Shown in pieces: positions 63,795 to 64,000 of a stretch of 64,000 bases of DNA. Under the pieces are notes generated by a model. The model made no database searches and was not told where the DNA came from. It worked only from the letters and a program-made list of their open reading frames with translations. The stretch is from Rhynchobatus australiae (taxonomy: Eukaryota), in the NCBI GenBank assembly GCA_034780895.1, contig JAUZTB010000077.1:16940683-17004682 (forward strand). Direction: 5' to 3'. The position numbers and the translations under genes were made by a program. Every line of letters begins with the position of its first letter. The first letter of the stretch is position 1.

Positions 63795-64000
63795 CAGCTA
63801 CCATCAGGCAGGAGGTATATAGAAGCTTGGTTCAAGGACAGCTACTTCCCTTCAACCATTAGGTTCTTGAATCAACCAGCAAAACCCTAATCACTACATT
63901 TTAGTAACACCCATGACTATTTTGATCACTTTGCACTAAAATGGACTTGCCTTATTTTTGTTCTAATTGTGTTCTTTCTTGTAAAAATCGTGTTTAATTT
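63795..64000 (+). mobile_element. Rex1-related LINE 3' fragment
   Basis: 'ctaccatcaggcaggaggtatatagaagc..ttcaaggacagctacttccc' (LPSGRR..FKDSYFP). Confidence 0.7.

Noticed and set aside
1-64000. CRISPR arrays, rRNA, operons or other prokaryotic systems
   Set aside because: No regularly spaced repeat-spacer structure or gene-dense coding. The sequence is vertebrate non-coding DNA.

Overview
Eukaryotic, AT-rich, gap-ridden (many N runs) non-coding DNA. The repeat families (CR1/HER1-type LINEs, HE1-like V-SINEs, Deu-domain SINEs, Penelope-type terminal repeats, Rex1/Babar, RTE, L2) point to a cartilaginous fish, probably a ray. I found no convincing host protein-coding exon and no RNA gene. The long ORFs in the track are N-gap artefacts or decayed retroelement fragments. 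The window looks like a large intron or gene desert: layered, nested retroelement fossils alternate with repeat-free blocks rich in homeodomain/SOX/PBX-MEIS-type motifs that may be conserved enhancers. Most notable: (1) dispersed Penelope-derived fold-back elements carrying decayed minimal hammerhead-ribozyme motifs, two with target-site-duplication-like flanks; (2) a 566-bp solo LTR nested in a CR1 and a second LTR-like fragment, both carrying a GTCACGTGAC palindrome; (3) a SINE apparently split by a micro-inversion; (4) three SINE/LINE tail-sharing pairs; (5) a candidate recursive splice site; (6) local duplications. Family names come from recognising motifs by eye, not from database searches. 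Boundaries are approximate unless stated.
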